The notes beneath the pieces were generated by a model. It had not been told where the DNA came from and made no database searches. It was given only the letters and a program-made list of their open reading frames with translations. A DNA stretch of 63,808 bases, the filler included, from Octopus bimaculoides (Eukaryota): the NCBI RefSeq assembly GCF_001194135.2. It is 5 parts of 5 records of this genome, joined end to end, with 100 filler letters (N's around TTAATTAATTAA, not from the genome) between each part and the next. Parts side by side here need not be neighbours in the genome. Positions count along the whole stretch, not along the records: positions 20,253 to 46,960 come from NC_068981.1; 4 more parts are not named here. One strand, written 5' to 3'. Positions 23,501-36,500 of the stretch are shown in pieces. A program made the position numbers and the translations under genes. Every line of letters begins with the position of its first letter. The stretch's first letter is position 1.

Positions 23501-24785
23501 GCTCTGAATAAAACCATTATATATTTCGTTATTGTATGTATGTGTGTGCATATTTCCATCAATTTTGTGTGTATTTCTATAAATTTTCTGCTTATATATG
23601 ATGTACGCAAAAATAATGCTTGAAAACTTAACCAGCGGGTTCTAACTAATTCAGGTAAACAACAATAACATGTTCTTCGTGACCTCTGCTACGGACAAAA
23701 CTAACCCCGAAGTAAAAACGCTATAATTGTAAAAAGAAAAATCGAAAGCATTCCAGAACACTCCATCTGTTTATTATGTGGGTGAGGCTATGGCTGTTGA
23801 TGCAGCTTTGCAAATACGTAGAAAGACTGTTTATACCAGAGGTCACTGACAAGAAACGGGATTATTTTACGATGAGAAACACCTGAAGTGATGTTAAACC
23901 TCTCTAAGTTATATATCCGAAGTAGATCTTACCACTGTTAACAAATCTAGTTTACTCGTATTCCAAAATATTCTTTTTCTTTCACGAGATTGAAAAATAA
24001 CATTTTTTTCAGATTAATTAACCTCCATCAAAAGGTAGAAATATCTCAGTGAAACTTGTCATCGAATTGCTGATTGTTTTCATATATCACATACAAACAT
24101 CTTTGAAAAATATCAAAACATATTGGATAGTGTAATGCTAGATACAGTGTATTTCAAAAAGACAACAAAAAGATGTGTTAGTCACAGTTAAGATGACTTT
24201 TGACTAGAGATATGCTTAAAGATGACCTGGGGCCGAGGTCTAAACAACAATATCTTCATCGAAACATATTTCTACATAAACTTTCTCTCCTCTTTGGAAC
24301 ACCAATATTTGCGTTTCGCCATTATGCTTATATAGTAAACATTTGATTAATTTTTCTCAAATTCTGGTACACAAGAAGGACTAAATATGTTGAAAGGTAA
24401 GTATTGTCAAACTATCTTGCCTTCAGGGTCTATACTCCATTTAAAAGCTTACATCTATATGAAAGACTTTCAAATCTATTTTCCAGTTAAAAGCTTACAT
24501 TTATGTAAAAGGAAAAAAACTTTCAAAATAACCTACGAAACTCTAGCAAATTTTCTCATGGTATTATTAAATGGTGTTTTGTTTTACTATACCTAGCACT
24601 AAATAAATCAGCAGTAAAATGCCCAAATTAGTACAGCCTTAATTCTCATCACATTGCCACTTCATGAATTAGCAATGCTAAATAGGTAAACAAATATTTT
24701 CTCTAAGTTATACAGCAGAGGCGGTTATGCACCATTTTACATTCCGCACTGAAAGTGATGATACACCATGGTTTTTAGCTAAGTT

Positions 24786-24829
<44 letters not shown>

Positions 24830-25442
24830 NNNNNNNNNNNNNNNNNNNNNNNNNNNNNNNNNNNNNNNNNNNNNNNNNNNNNNNNNNNNNNNNNNNNNNN
24901 NNNNNNNNATATATATATTTATATATATACGGTATCGTTTGGTCGATCTTTCTTGAACGATCTTCACTCGATCAAAGAACTCATAACCACCACATATAGC
25001 GTTTGGAAGCTCAACAGAGGAACACCCCTTGTACATAGACAAGTTACCAACGAAGACTTGGCAGCGACTTTGCCTTTCACCCTTTCGGGTCGATTAAATA
25101 AGTACCAGTTATGCACTGGGTTCGATGTAATCGACTCAATCTCTTGTCCTTATTTGTCCTCTCTATGTTTTGCTGCACTGTGGGGAATAAAGAAATAAAT
25201 ATTTCTTCACTTGAATTTGTCGATACCAGTGAACATTACGAACATTTTAAAATAGAAACTTTCTTCTAGACCAGCTTACTTTCATTATTGCTTTTATTAT
25301 TCTTATTGTTCTTCCTACTGTTAGTCTACTTTTATCCGTTTCCTTATGTATCTGATTTATGATGCAGTTTCTATACAAAACGTTACGTATACATACGCAC
25401 ACATATGGCCCCTTTTCTTTCAATCTTTCTCTCTTCATATAC

Positions 25443-25481
<39 letters not shown>

Positions 25482-26383
25482 NNNNNNNNNNNNNNNNNNN
25501 NNNNNNNNNNNNNNNNNNNNNNNNNNNNNNNNNNNNNNNNNNNNNNNNNNNNNNNNNNNNNNNNNNNNNNNNNNNNNNNNNNNNNNNNNNNNNNNNNNNN
25601 NNNNNNNNNNNNNNNNNNNNNNNNNNNNNNNNNNNNNNNNNNNNNNNNNNNNNNNNNNNNNNNNNNNNNNNNNNNNNNNNNNNNNNNNNNNNNNNNNNNN
25701 NNGAAATGAGAAATAAACAAAAAAATAAACCCGCTATGCTGTCAACATGAATGTTTAAGGGCTTCAGATGTTATTGTATCAATATGTTCGCCAGTCTATT
25801 GGCTGCTAGATTGTGATATGTTTGTAAGATACCAAACTCTAATCTTTACTAGTTATACACGCTTTTTACATTATTCTCTCTTTCGCTTCATAAAATCTTC
25901 CTCTCTCTCTCTCTCTACCTCCATCTCTTTGTTTTATATTATCTTATTCTATTTGTCTTTGTAATTCTTCCCTAAGTTCCCATATTCTTTATCTCTATAT
26001 ATTTATCACTTATTCTAACTAATAAAACATGGACAAATTTTCTTTTTCCCTACTGTCTCTTAGCTTCTCTAGTTTTCTCTTTCAAGACCGCTCACATAGA
26101 TATTCCCCCTCTCCCTATCCCTTTGTTTCTATCCCTCTCTCTCTAATGTCTAGTTTTAAGATTCTATAATACCCTGACACAAACTTTCACGCGCGAAGAC
26201 ATTCTTCCACACTAAGATTAATGTGAGTATTGGTCCTCCTAGAAATAGCGGCAAAATTACCCTCAAATAACACTATATATTTATAGATATTCTCAGGTAA
26301 CAACTGGAATTCATTTGGAAATGTTTTGGCTCGCTTAGATTTGGAATTAAGGCTAAATTACAACAACATATGTACTTGATGGT

Positions 26384-26768
26384 GGAGGCGTAACGGCCCA
26401 GTGGTTAGGGCAGCGGACTCGCGGTCATAGGATCGCGGTTTCGATTCCCAGACCGGGCGTTGTGAGTGTTTATTGAGTGAAAACACCCAAAGCTCCACGA
26501 GGCTCCGGCAGGGGATGGTGGCGAACCCTGCTGTACTCTTCCACCATAACTTTCTCTCACTCTTACTTCCTGTTTCTGTTGTGCCTGTAATTCAAAGGGT
26601 CAGCCTTGTCACCCTGTGTCACGCTGAATCTCCCCGAGAACTACGTTAAGGGTACACGTGTCCATGGAGTGCTCAGCCACTTGCATGTTAATTTCACGAG
26701 CAGGCTGTTCCGTTGATCGGATCAACTGGAACCCTCGACGTCGTAAGCGACGGAGTGACAACAACAAC
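26384..26768 (+). mobile_element. Full-length young SINE family C with an (ACA)n tail and a 102-bp flanking direct repeat
   Basis: tRNA-like head GGAGGCGTAACGGCCCAGTGGTTAGGGCAGCGGACTCGCGGTCATAGGATCGCGGTTTCGATTCCC. Flanks 26279-26380 and 26769-26870 are direct repeats with 5 mismatches. Confidence 0.9.
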
Positions 26769-26934
26769 ATTTATAGATATTCTCAGGTAACAACTGGAAT
26801 TCATTTGGAAATGCTTTGGCTCGCTTAGATTTAAATTTAAGGCTAAAGTACAACAACATATGTACTTGATATAACAGATATAACGCACACATAAATATTT
26901 ACACACACACACACATGGAAATATATTCAATAAT

Positions 26935-27270
26935 ATATATAGTAGTTAAAGCATTGGGCTCACAATCATGAGGTAAGAAGTTCGATTCTTGGACCAGGCT
27001 GTATGTTGTGTTCTTGAGCAAGACACTTTATTTCACGTTGCTTTAGTTCATTCAGCTGTGGAAATCGAGGTGCAACAGTTGGTACCAAGTTGTATCGGCC
27101 TTTGTTTTTCCCTTGGATAATATCGGTGGCGTAGAGAGGGGTGGTTAGTATGCATGGCTGACTGCTTGTCTTCCATAGACAACCTTGACCGGAATTGTGC
27201 CTCGGAGGGGAACTTTCTTGGTACAATTCCACGGTTATTAATGACCGAATGAGGTCCTTACCCTTTACGC
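26935..27270 (+). mobile_element. tRNA-derived SINE
   Basis: GTAGTTAAAG A-box, GTTCGATTC B-box, GTGTTCTTGAGCAAGACACTTTATTTCAC core. Confidence 0.65.
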
Positions 27271-27708
27271 ACAAGTTTAGCTAACTGTCGAGAAAAAAGA
27301 GTACTCGATACTACAGTAAGTTTTAATAATGTATTTTATTTTGATCGTATCAGCATCTTGCTACTCTGAGTTTCACCCGTAGGAGCACAGGATATTCAGC
27401 CAACTTATCAGTGATAATTTTTCCTGAACATCCTGTGCATCTACTGGTAAAAGTCAGAGTAGCATGATAAGGACTTGACTAAAATAATGAGGGTGTATGT
27501 GTGTGTGTGTGTGTGTGTGCGTATATGTTTAGAAATATGTATATACATACATGTGTTAAACTTTTGATAGACGTATACTTTTCCATAAATTGTCCGTAAT
27601 CTTCCTTCAATTATTCATTTTCTATTTTCATCCATTTTACTTCAGTTTTTCTTAATTAATTTCTTGATTTATACATACACACCCACATACATACGCACAT
27701 ACTTGTAG

Positions 27709-27824
<116 letters not shown>

Positions 27825-28251
27825 CGAGTGACTAAGTGAGAGAGAGGGAGATAGAGAAATAGAGGTCTATACATAGCATATGTGTATTCGTGAGTCTGTG
27901 CTTGCGTATCTGAGTGTAAACATTTACTTGCCTGCACCTATTATATATATAGAGGCTTATGTATTAATCAGAAAACGTATTGTCGCAAAGCTGCTGACAT
28001 AATATCTTCGCATTCTGTTACTGCTTTATCATGAGTGATAAACGATCTTATTCCAGAAGCTTCTATAACACAGATAAGAAATATAAAAGTTAATAAATTC
28101 TGTTTTGATATTCCGCGTGTAGTTTTTATTTATTTGTTTATCTGAGTATTTTTCTTTCTTTTCTTTTTTTTTTCGTACATCATCGTGTAACGTATTTCGT
28201 TATAATATTGTTCATAATGATGTTACCGACAAGTAGGCTGATGATGAAGTA

Positions 28252-28292
<41 letters not shown>

Positions 28293-29170
28293 ATGAATTC
28301 TATTACCCAGAAGGACATGGATGAGGAGGACGTCACAAGGACAGTCAAGAATTTGTGTTGAGGTTTACATAAAAATACAGAGAAAAAAAATGGGAAAAGA
28401 CATCGAAATGAGATAAAAGAATACATAGTATAGAAATCATGTCAAGCGTGAATGACGCAGNNNNNNNNNNACATAGTATAGAAATCATGTCAAGCGTGAA
28501 TGACGCAGTCCTCGTGATGAAGGAGAAACTTCAGCTAGGGTCAACCAAGGAAGCTCATCGTTTCAGCATTATCCTGACCACCAAAGTACGATTCCTTTCC
28601 CGACCGTTGTTCTGTATTCTACTGGTGAATAATATAAACTGAAATTTATTAAAATATTATTATTATGTTTTTTCTGCTTTCTTCAAATTTACTTCCATTT
28701 CTCGCCGAGTGTTTTCCGTACACCTAGGGCAGAGAAGCTCATTGTATGCATTCCCAGTTTACACACACAAATTCACAGGTAAAATATGTATTTTAAAAAA
28801 ATTAATAAATAAATAAATTCATGAATGGATGTTGTTTTCACAGCGATAATGCTCTTCTCAGTACATGAGTCGTTCCAGTTAACACGGTTTTTTGCATTTC
28901 CTGTAGGGATGATAAGCCTGGTATCATTTTCAAATAGGTTTCAGTACCTTTTTTTTTTATCATTCCTAGNNNNNNNNNNNNNNNNNNNNNNNNNNNNNNN
29001 NGTCGCCTTGAGGTGCCACATTTTTTCAATTTCTGTTAGCAAGTTTTTATAAATTACTGGTGTTGTCAAATTCTTTCGCCTCTATATTGTGATCGCAAAG
29101 AATACTCATGTCAATTAATAAACACATCTTCTTTGTCTGATCTTTTATAGTAATATCCGGTTTATTACCC

Positions 29171-29172
<2 letters not shown>

Positions 29173-29248
<76 letters not shown>
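29173..29248. repeat. (ATT)n microsatellite
   Basis: Directly visible. Confidence 0.95.
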
Positions 29249-29441
29249 TTAACTATGGATTAACTATGGATTAGAAACAACTCTTGTTATCGACCACGCA
29301 TACTCAACGTATGTGTTTTGCTTGCTCACCCGCCAGTAGCCTGCGACATAGTGCGGTGTGGATGACTCCTTCGAACCACCGGATGTGAAAACATGAAAAT
29401 CATAAACAAGCAAGACAACTCACCCCAAATCCCATTCAGGA

Positions 29442-29488
29442 GCGATGGAAATCGATGTTTCGCCATTTGTGTGGCTTATCAACATCGC
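29442..29488 (-). ncRNA. Compact, mutated type I hammerhead ribozyme motif
   Basis: Minus strand: GCGATG, TTGATAA (CUGAUGA with 2 changes), GCCA-CACAAA-TGGC, GAAAC, ATCGAT, TTC, CATCGC. Stem I has 6 of 6 pairs and stem II 4 of 4. Confidence 0.55.
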
Positions 29489-29764
29489 GTACCTATTTAT
29501 CTGAAAGTCATGAGACATGTTGCGAAATCTGTGTTGTTGTTGTTATTGTCCGGGCAAAATACTTAGCGGTATTACCGTTTGTCTTTACGTTCTGAGTTCA
29601 AATGGTGCCGGGGTCTACTTGGCATTTCATCCTTCCGGGGTCGATAAATTAATTACCAGTTACGCAATTAAGTACCAGTTACGAAAGACGACATGGCAAT
29701 ATGGCAAGAATGAACCATTGGAAGATCCGAGGAAATCACGGCTACAAAGAGCTAAGACGTGATA

Positions 29765-30178
29765 TGAGCTAACCAGGCATCGAAAACCAGACATTGTTGT
29801 GGTGAATAAAAAAGAAAGAACATGCATGATAATTGAAATAGCATGTCTTGGTGACAAGAGGATCAAAGAGAAAGAAGAAAAATTAAACAGCTATGATGAT
29901 TTGAAGTGGGAAATACGAAGGTTGTTGTCAATGAAGAGAGTAGACGTGATAGCAATTGGCGCACTTGGAAGTATCAGCACTCAGCTACCAGCTCGGCTGA
30001 AAAAGATCGGTGCAAGTGTGAAAGTAGAACACCTACAAAAAAATCAGCATTGCTTGGAACTGCAAGAATTCTTCGCAGAGTCCTTGAAGCACGACCAGTA
30101 AACAAGTGTCACAGTCTGCTGGCTGTGGACAGCTGACACTTTCCATCACATCCAGCAAAATAAGCTGAGAGTTTTCAC

Positions 30179-30180
<2 letters not shown>
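29765..30180 (+). mobile_element. R4/Dong-like LINE 3' end (REL endonuclease) followed by (AAT)n at 30180-30258
   Basis: RHRKPDIVVVNKKERTCMIIEIAC.GDKRIKEKEEKLNSYDDLKWEIRRL.SMKRVDV.AIGALG: the PD..D/E..P-type REL motif. Confidence 0.85.
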
Positions 30181-30253
<73 letters not shown>

Positions 30254-30289
30254 TATAATGAGTACTCCTGTAGGAGACGACGTATAAGT

Positions 30290-30560
30290 GTTCAGCTTTT
30301 TGCCGAACGACTTGCTCACATGATTTGTTTATTGTGACTAAATGTATACGCTGCACATTAGCTTACTCCGTCCATCAAATCGACTTTGCCTGAACAGGTG
30401 TGCAGTGTACCACGCGCCAGGTGTTGAAGTGATCGCAGAGCAATGTGAGATGAAGTGCTTTGTCCAAGAGCAGAACGCACCACCCAATTTAGGAATTGAA
30501 ATCACGATCTCGCGATCGTGAATGCAAAACCTTAGCCATTAGGCCATGCGTCCTCACTAA
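30290..30560 (-). mobile_element. tRNA-derived SINE
   Basis: Minus-strand head GTGAGGACGCATGGCCTAATGGCTAAGG...GTGATTTCAATTCC, followed by TTGGACAAAGCACTTCATCTCAC. Confidence 0.65.
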
Positions 30561-31444
30561 TAATAATTATTATTATTGTTATTATTATTGTTGTTGTTGT
30601 TATCAGCAAGTTTAAGGGAGGAAGTAGGTCGATTATATGAACCACAGTGTTCAAATGGTACTATTATAGATGTCGAAAGGATAAACAGTAATGACAACCT
30701 CAACGGGATTGAAACCGGAACAGGAGCTGGAAAAAATGCCGTTATGTATTTTGCCCGACAAACAGGAAGGAGTACCTTACCGCGAAATGTAGCACCAATA
30801 TCAATTAATTTTCCAATTTAATAGCAACATATTTTAATGTGAAATTAATAGATCTCGCGCAGACAATCAAGTATATGAATGTACTGTCTCTTTGTGTCCG
30901 TATGTATGGACGCGGGCATGTGTATGTAGAAGATTCTGTTAATCAAGGCAGTTTTAATATTATATTAGAATGATACATTTCTTGTTATCTTCAGTGTTTA
31001 AAAAAAAATGAAAAATAGAAAAATACTAATAAAAACATTGGTTTTTAAGAATACGTACAGTGTTTCACGGGCTTTGCGACGGAGAGTACATATCTAAAAG
31101 AAAAAGACATATAAGTTAACTCAAGATAAAAACAAAAGTAGATAAAGAATTCGAAAAGTAGTAATAGAAAAGAAATAATAGTACAAGTAAAATGACCGAT
31201 AAGAGGAACTTTTTGAAGAACTATTTTCTAACATATGTAAACATACACACACACACACACGCACACACACACACGCACACACACACGTACACACGCACGC
31301 ATACATATATATATATGTGTGTGTGTATGTGTGTGTATGTGTGCATATAAGTATATATATACATATGTGCATGTATATATATATGTATATATATATGCAT
31401 ATAAGTATATATATACATATATGCATGTATATATATATGCGTAT

Positions 31445-31480
<36 letters not shown>

Positions 31481-32859
31481 ATGTATACATATATTTTTAT
31501 ATATATATATATATTATATATTTATATGCATGTATATATATACATGCACATACATACATACATACATACATACATATGCATATATGTGTGTGCATGGGTG
31601 TGCGTGTATATGTAAGGTGTATTATGGCTGCCACACCGTAATTTAGCTTCACACGTTAACCGATACCACGCGTTCTTACTAAGCATTTTATACCATTACG
31701 AACATCTGTTATTCTTATTTCATTCTCTATCTCACTTTCTTTTCTTCATTTCCTCTCTCTTGCTCTACGTTTACTTGTGTATACGTTTACACGTTGTATG
31801 TGTATGTATTTGTATACGTGTGTTTTTGTGTGGGTGTGTGTCAGTACGTACATGTGTTCTGCTGTGCCTATGCAATCCGTTCTCTGTTACGTATTCTTAG
31901 TTACTATGTATCATTAAGAACGTATTATAATTTCCCTCCCACTGGCTGTCATATTGAGACCACCCATGTACTGTATTATTGTTTCTCTAATTAACAGATA
32001 AAACAGTCTACATTCCTGTACATTGATTTCTTGCCTCAGAATAAGTAAGGAAGTTTAAATGTTAGCATGGAATCTAACGACATTGATAGTCTTTAAATTC
32101 TTGTTCGTCGTTTGAGCATTATGAGTTCGATTCCCGTTGCAGTCACTCGTGGCTCCGAAGCTTCCGATGGCGATGAATTACATACATATATCAAGTGCTA
32201 GAATAGATCTAATCCCCCTACATTAAATCTGAATATTATTCATTCTGAGGGAATTTAACAGGTCCATCGACTACGTAGAGATTCCGGCCATTTAAATTGC
32301 CAGAGATCATTAGACTCTCTAGTAGACACACAGCGAAAAAAAAAAAAAAAACCACAACTTATGTCCGAGGACAGGTTCGCATAGAAAGTTGTTCAGTCGT
32401 TAGTTTAATATTAAGAATGTGTGTCGGTATTTGCCAATGAGCCGAATGTTCTTCATTTGCAATAAATGTATAGGGTGGTCCGAAATTCTCGTCACCCCCT
32501 ACCGAAAAGTAATAAGAACAATAGAGGAACAATATAATAACCTTTTCTACTGTAGGCACAAGGCCCGAAATTTGGGGGGATGGGAGCAGTCGATTAGATC
32601 GACACCAGTACGCAACTGGTACTTCATGTATCGACCACGAAAGGAAGAAAGGTAAAGTCGACTTTCGTGGAATTTGAACTCAGAACGCAAAGACAGACGA
32701 AATACCGCTAAGCATTTCGCCCGACGTGCTAACGTTTCCGCCAGCTTGCCACCTTGGAACAATAGAATATCAAACGCACGTACTGGTTTTACTATATTCA
32801 TTTTCATTGACACTGACATTGTCACACATTGTAACACTGACATTGACACACATTGTCAC

Positions 32860-33060
32860 AGAAGGTGTGTATGACCTTCTGGCACAAAATGATGCTGTAC
32901 AATGTCTTGTGTGATATTTTACGAAGCTGTGCTTTGGTGATTTTATTGCTGAAAAGGCTGCCGAAACAGCGTCCTTCAACTGTTGGGTAGTCTGGTATTG
33001 CTCTTGTAAAACTCTCTCCTTGATAATAGAAAATTAAAACAATATTTACAGGTGGTGGTA
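32860..33060 (-). mobile_element. Tc1/mariner transposase C-terminal relic
   Basis: IIKERVLQEQYQTTQQLKDAVSAAFSAI, then after a frameshift LRKISHKTLYSIILCQ; resembles the end of Tc1-like transposases. Confidence 0.4.
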
Positions 33061-35072
33061 AAACTTTCGGATCAGCCTTTACAATATCCTTTTTATGTAG
33101 CATTATCGCCGTGTTGAAGACTGAACAGTTTACCAAGAGTAAACCATATATATGTACGAAGATGAAGGAGTTTTACCGAGTGTGTTTAAAATAGGGAAAC
33201 AACTAGAGAGAAATCTGAAACTTTTCTAACAGGTGTATTGCTTTATAAAACGATATTTGGTTGAGGAAGATTCAGTAAAGGTGATAGAGATCCTTCACAT
33301 GTAGATCCCAGGGTGACTGATGAATGCTAAAATGAATTTTGTCGTGAAAATGAAATCTATAAATTTGGAAAACAGACTTCCCAATTAAATATATATGAGA
33401 ATGACATAACTGAAAATAAGAGATTGTGAAGTCAAGTATTTGTGGTGACTTTTTGGCCTTATTATTCCTCTTGAAGTCACAGAAGTATTGTGATAAATAT
33501 TTCCTTGTTTTTGGTGTTGTTGTTGTTGTAGAAACCTATGGCAACCTTAACTGAACTTACTAAAAAACAAAAGATTCTAACCGTAACCATCTCATCACTG
33601 TTTGTAATCAGGGGCTACATCGTGTCCTTCCTTTTCTAATAATGGCTGACTGCGAATTGTTAGAGAGATCTGGTTACTGCTTCTAACAGTTCGAATGAAC
33701 ACATAGTCGCTATTGTTATCTCTTGTTTCTTTCATATGTATGTTATGTGAATGTCCGTTTGGGCATCCATGCGTGCCTTATGGCAAGCCTTCTGTGCTTT
33801 AAATGAACCAAACTATAACCTCCCAGTTAAGCAATTTTTCTTTGCTAGCTAGTCGCTTCATTAATCATCAATAGTTATCCACTCCAGTAACAGGTTATTT
33901 AATGGCATTAAAAGAACAGAAATTCCAGGTGTAACACTCCATGACTAGAAACGATAACTATGAAAAATATACAGTGTTGTACATTGAAACATATTATTTT
34001 AATATAATTAGTGAAGCATATATCAATTCACTCACTCAAGATACTCGGAGAAGTAATTGAAATATTAAGTTGAATCCCTTATCTTCGTTCTGTCGTATTT
34101 ACATTCAATATAGCTCTTCATTGACACCGTACATTATACAGTACTAACACTACAACTACTGATGATGATGATGATGATGTCAACGACATGGTATATTCTT
34201 GATAATGGTATATTTTTTACAAGATTAAATATATGATGATAAGAGTTACTCCGAAAGCCAACAATGAGGTACATTATCGTATGCTTTCTTGCAACCTATG
34301 CCACCAACAACTAAGTTCAGATTGACTTCTTTTTGAATCCCTTTTGCTCTTCTGTTAATAGATTCTCCTTTTCTAGAAAGCAAGCAACTGTAAGCATGTA
34401 ATTACTCATATCCCTTTTCTTTTCATTGTACTTCTCTATTAACACTGTCTTTACTTCTGTCGTCCATGTTTGTGTTTAATTTTCAATACAATAAGTAACG
34501 AACGGGTGTTTATGGCTGAGCATACCTTGTGAGTTCTTTTTTTTTAGACCAGAATAGTTGAAGCCCCGTCATTAGAAAACAAAATGGCATAATGTAGACT
34601 CTGTAAGCAGTCGGTGTCAGGAGCTTTCGAATTTGATATTTTTAGTATCTATGAACGAGAAGTTTAATTATTTATTTATTCATTTATTCATTCATTCATT
34701 TATTTCAGAAAACAGCGATGAGTTCCTGGAATTAAAATGCGGAAGCGAATTTTAACAACCCCGAAAGGATGAGAGGCAAAGTGGACCTCGGCAGAATTTG
34801 AACACAGAACGTGAAGACGGCCGAAATGCTGTTAGGCATTTTTGCCTTATGTGCTAAGGATTCTGCTAGCTTACCGTTCTATCAGTAGACATAATATTGA
34901 TGTATCTACGTTCTATCAATGCATCTACTGACAAACATATTGTTTGAGAAAAATTAATACATTTGTGTGTGTGTGTGTGTGTGTGTGTGATTTTTTTTAC
35001 TCACTTCAAGCCTTTATATATCTTAAACCTTTACATGTCTTGACATTAACTGCCCACACTTCTGCCACTAAG

Positions 35073-35241
35073 CAGTGCCGTCTTAGCAATTTTATATGTC
35101 CCCAATCAAGTCAATGCACTGGGCCTTATAGTATGTATCTACCGACAGCAAGCCACAACATACATAGCTCTGAATTGATCCCCTAGACTCATGAGGCCCC
35201 TGGGCAAGTGCCCGGTGTGCCTAATACTTAAGATGGTCCTG
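35073..35241. mobile_element. hAT-type MITE (169 bp)
   Basis: Imperfect TIRs CAGTGCCGTCTTAGCA and TACTTAAGATGGTCCTG. 8-bp flanks CCACTAAG (35065-35072) and CCACGTAG (35242-35249) match 6 of 8, consistent with a decayed 8-bp TSD. Confidence 0.65.
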
Positions 35242-36084
35242 CCACGTAGGTCAACTTACTGTGAGTCCAAAATATTTTTTTAAACTTTCATAAATGTTCC
35301 GTCAAAATCTTTCGAGTGTTCCTCGTACTTAAAATTGGCGGAACCGCGTTCAGTTTCAGAATTTATTTTGTGGCGGGCGTTTTGGTGTCACCATCATATG
35401 CATGTAAATATGAAAAACTCAAAAGGCTAAAATTTTAATAACAGACTATTTTACCGTTAGATGTTTTACGGAGAGACATTCTACTGTTAATGAAATATTC
35501 CCTGTGTGAAAATAAACTCTATCTACAAAATTAATTTTAAAAGCGTGTTAGAAGCCAGCCTCGAAGTGCGATACCAAAATATCTCAGAAAAGGTCAGCAA
35601 GTCAATAATAATAATAATGCCTTCTATCATAAGCACAAGAGCTGAAATATGGGGTCAGGGGACTTGTCGATTAAATGGAACCCAGTGATTGACAGGTAAT
35701 TAATTATTTTATCTACCCTGAAATGTAGAAAAAACAAAGTTGACAACAGTGACATTTGAGCTCACAACGTAAAGCCGGCAGAAATGTCAATGAATGTTTT
35801 GTCGGTCGCGGTAACGATTCTGCCAGCTCGGCGCCTTATTAATGCTTTCTGCTTTTGGCACAAGGCTTGAAACTTTGTGAGGAAAAGAGTAAGTCGATAT
35901 AATCGACCCGAGTTCTCCACTTGTACAAAGTTGACCTCGACATTTAAGCTCAGAAGGTAAATCTGGCAGATTTGTCGCTGAACATTCTGGAGTATGATCT
36001 CGGAAGCGGTAAAGGAAAACTGAACCACTTGTTATTCAAGGACGACAATGTTATTCACAAAACAATAACACAGTGAGGCAGAGA

Positions 36085-36500
36085 TGGACAGCCTAGTCCA
36101 GTCTGTGTAGACCTTCTCGAATGGTATCAAAATGGAGTGTGGACTCTCAAAGTATGCTCCGATGATGAGACGAGGAAAGCTTGTCAGGAATGAAGGCATA
36201 TGGATGACAACTGATGAAATAATGAAGGCAATTGAACCTGAATCTACTTGAGGTAGATAGAATTAAACACAACGCTATGAAAGAAAAGACAAAGATAGAG
36301 TATCTGCGGCGAGTGAGGAAAATATTGGATTCAAAGCTGCATCCCAGAAACATAATTTCGAAAAGAAAAAAAACGTGCAGTCGCAGTAGTTCGTTATGGC
36401 GCTGGAATCCTGAAGTGGACGGAAGAGAAGTCAAAGGAGTTGCACAGGAAGGCAAAAAACCTCCTAATGATGCGAGGAGCCCCTGCAGACACTGATATAT
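36085..36500 (+). mobile_element. R4/Dong-like LINE fragment (RT C-terminal/thumb region)
   Basis: LEVDRIKHNAMKEKTKIEYLRRVRKILDSKL...AVAVVRYGAGILKWT...KNLLMMRGA. Confidence 0.75.

Noticed and set aside
26384-26460. tRNA gene (also 13170-13243 and 48977-49470)
   Set aside because: A and B boxes are present, but there is no closed acceptor stem and the sequence continues into a repeated SINE body.
28423-28508. 38-bp direct repeat
   Set aside because: Identical copies directly flank a 10-N gap, which is typical of unmerged overlapping contig ends.
32940-32990. HHR-like CTGAAAA-GGCTGCC-GAAAC-AGC-GTC
   Set aside because: G8 is missing, stem I does not pair, and it lies within the antisense strand of a Tc1-like coding relic.
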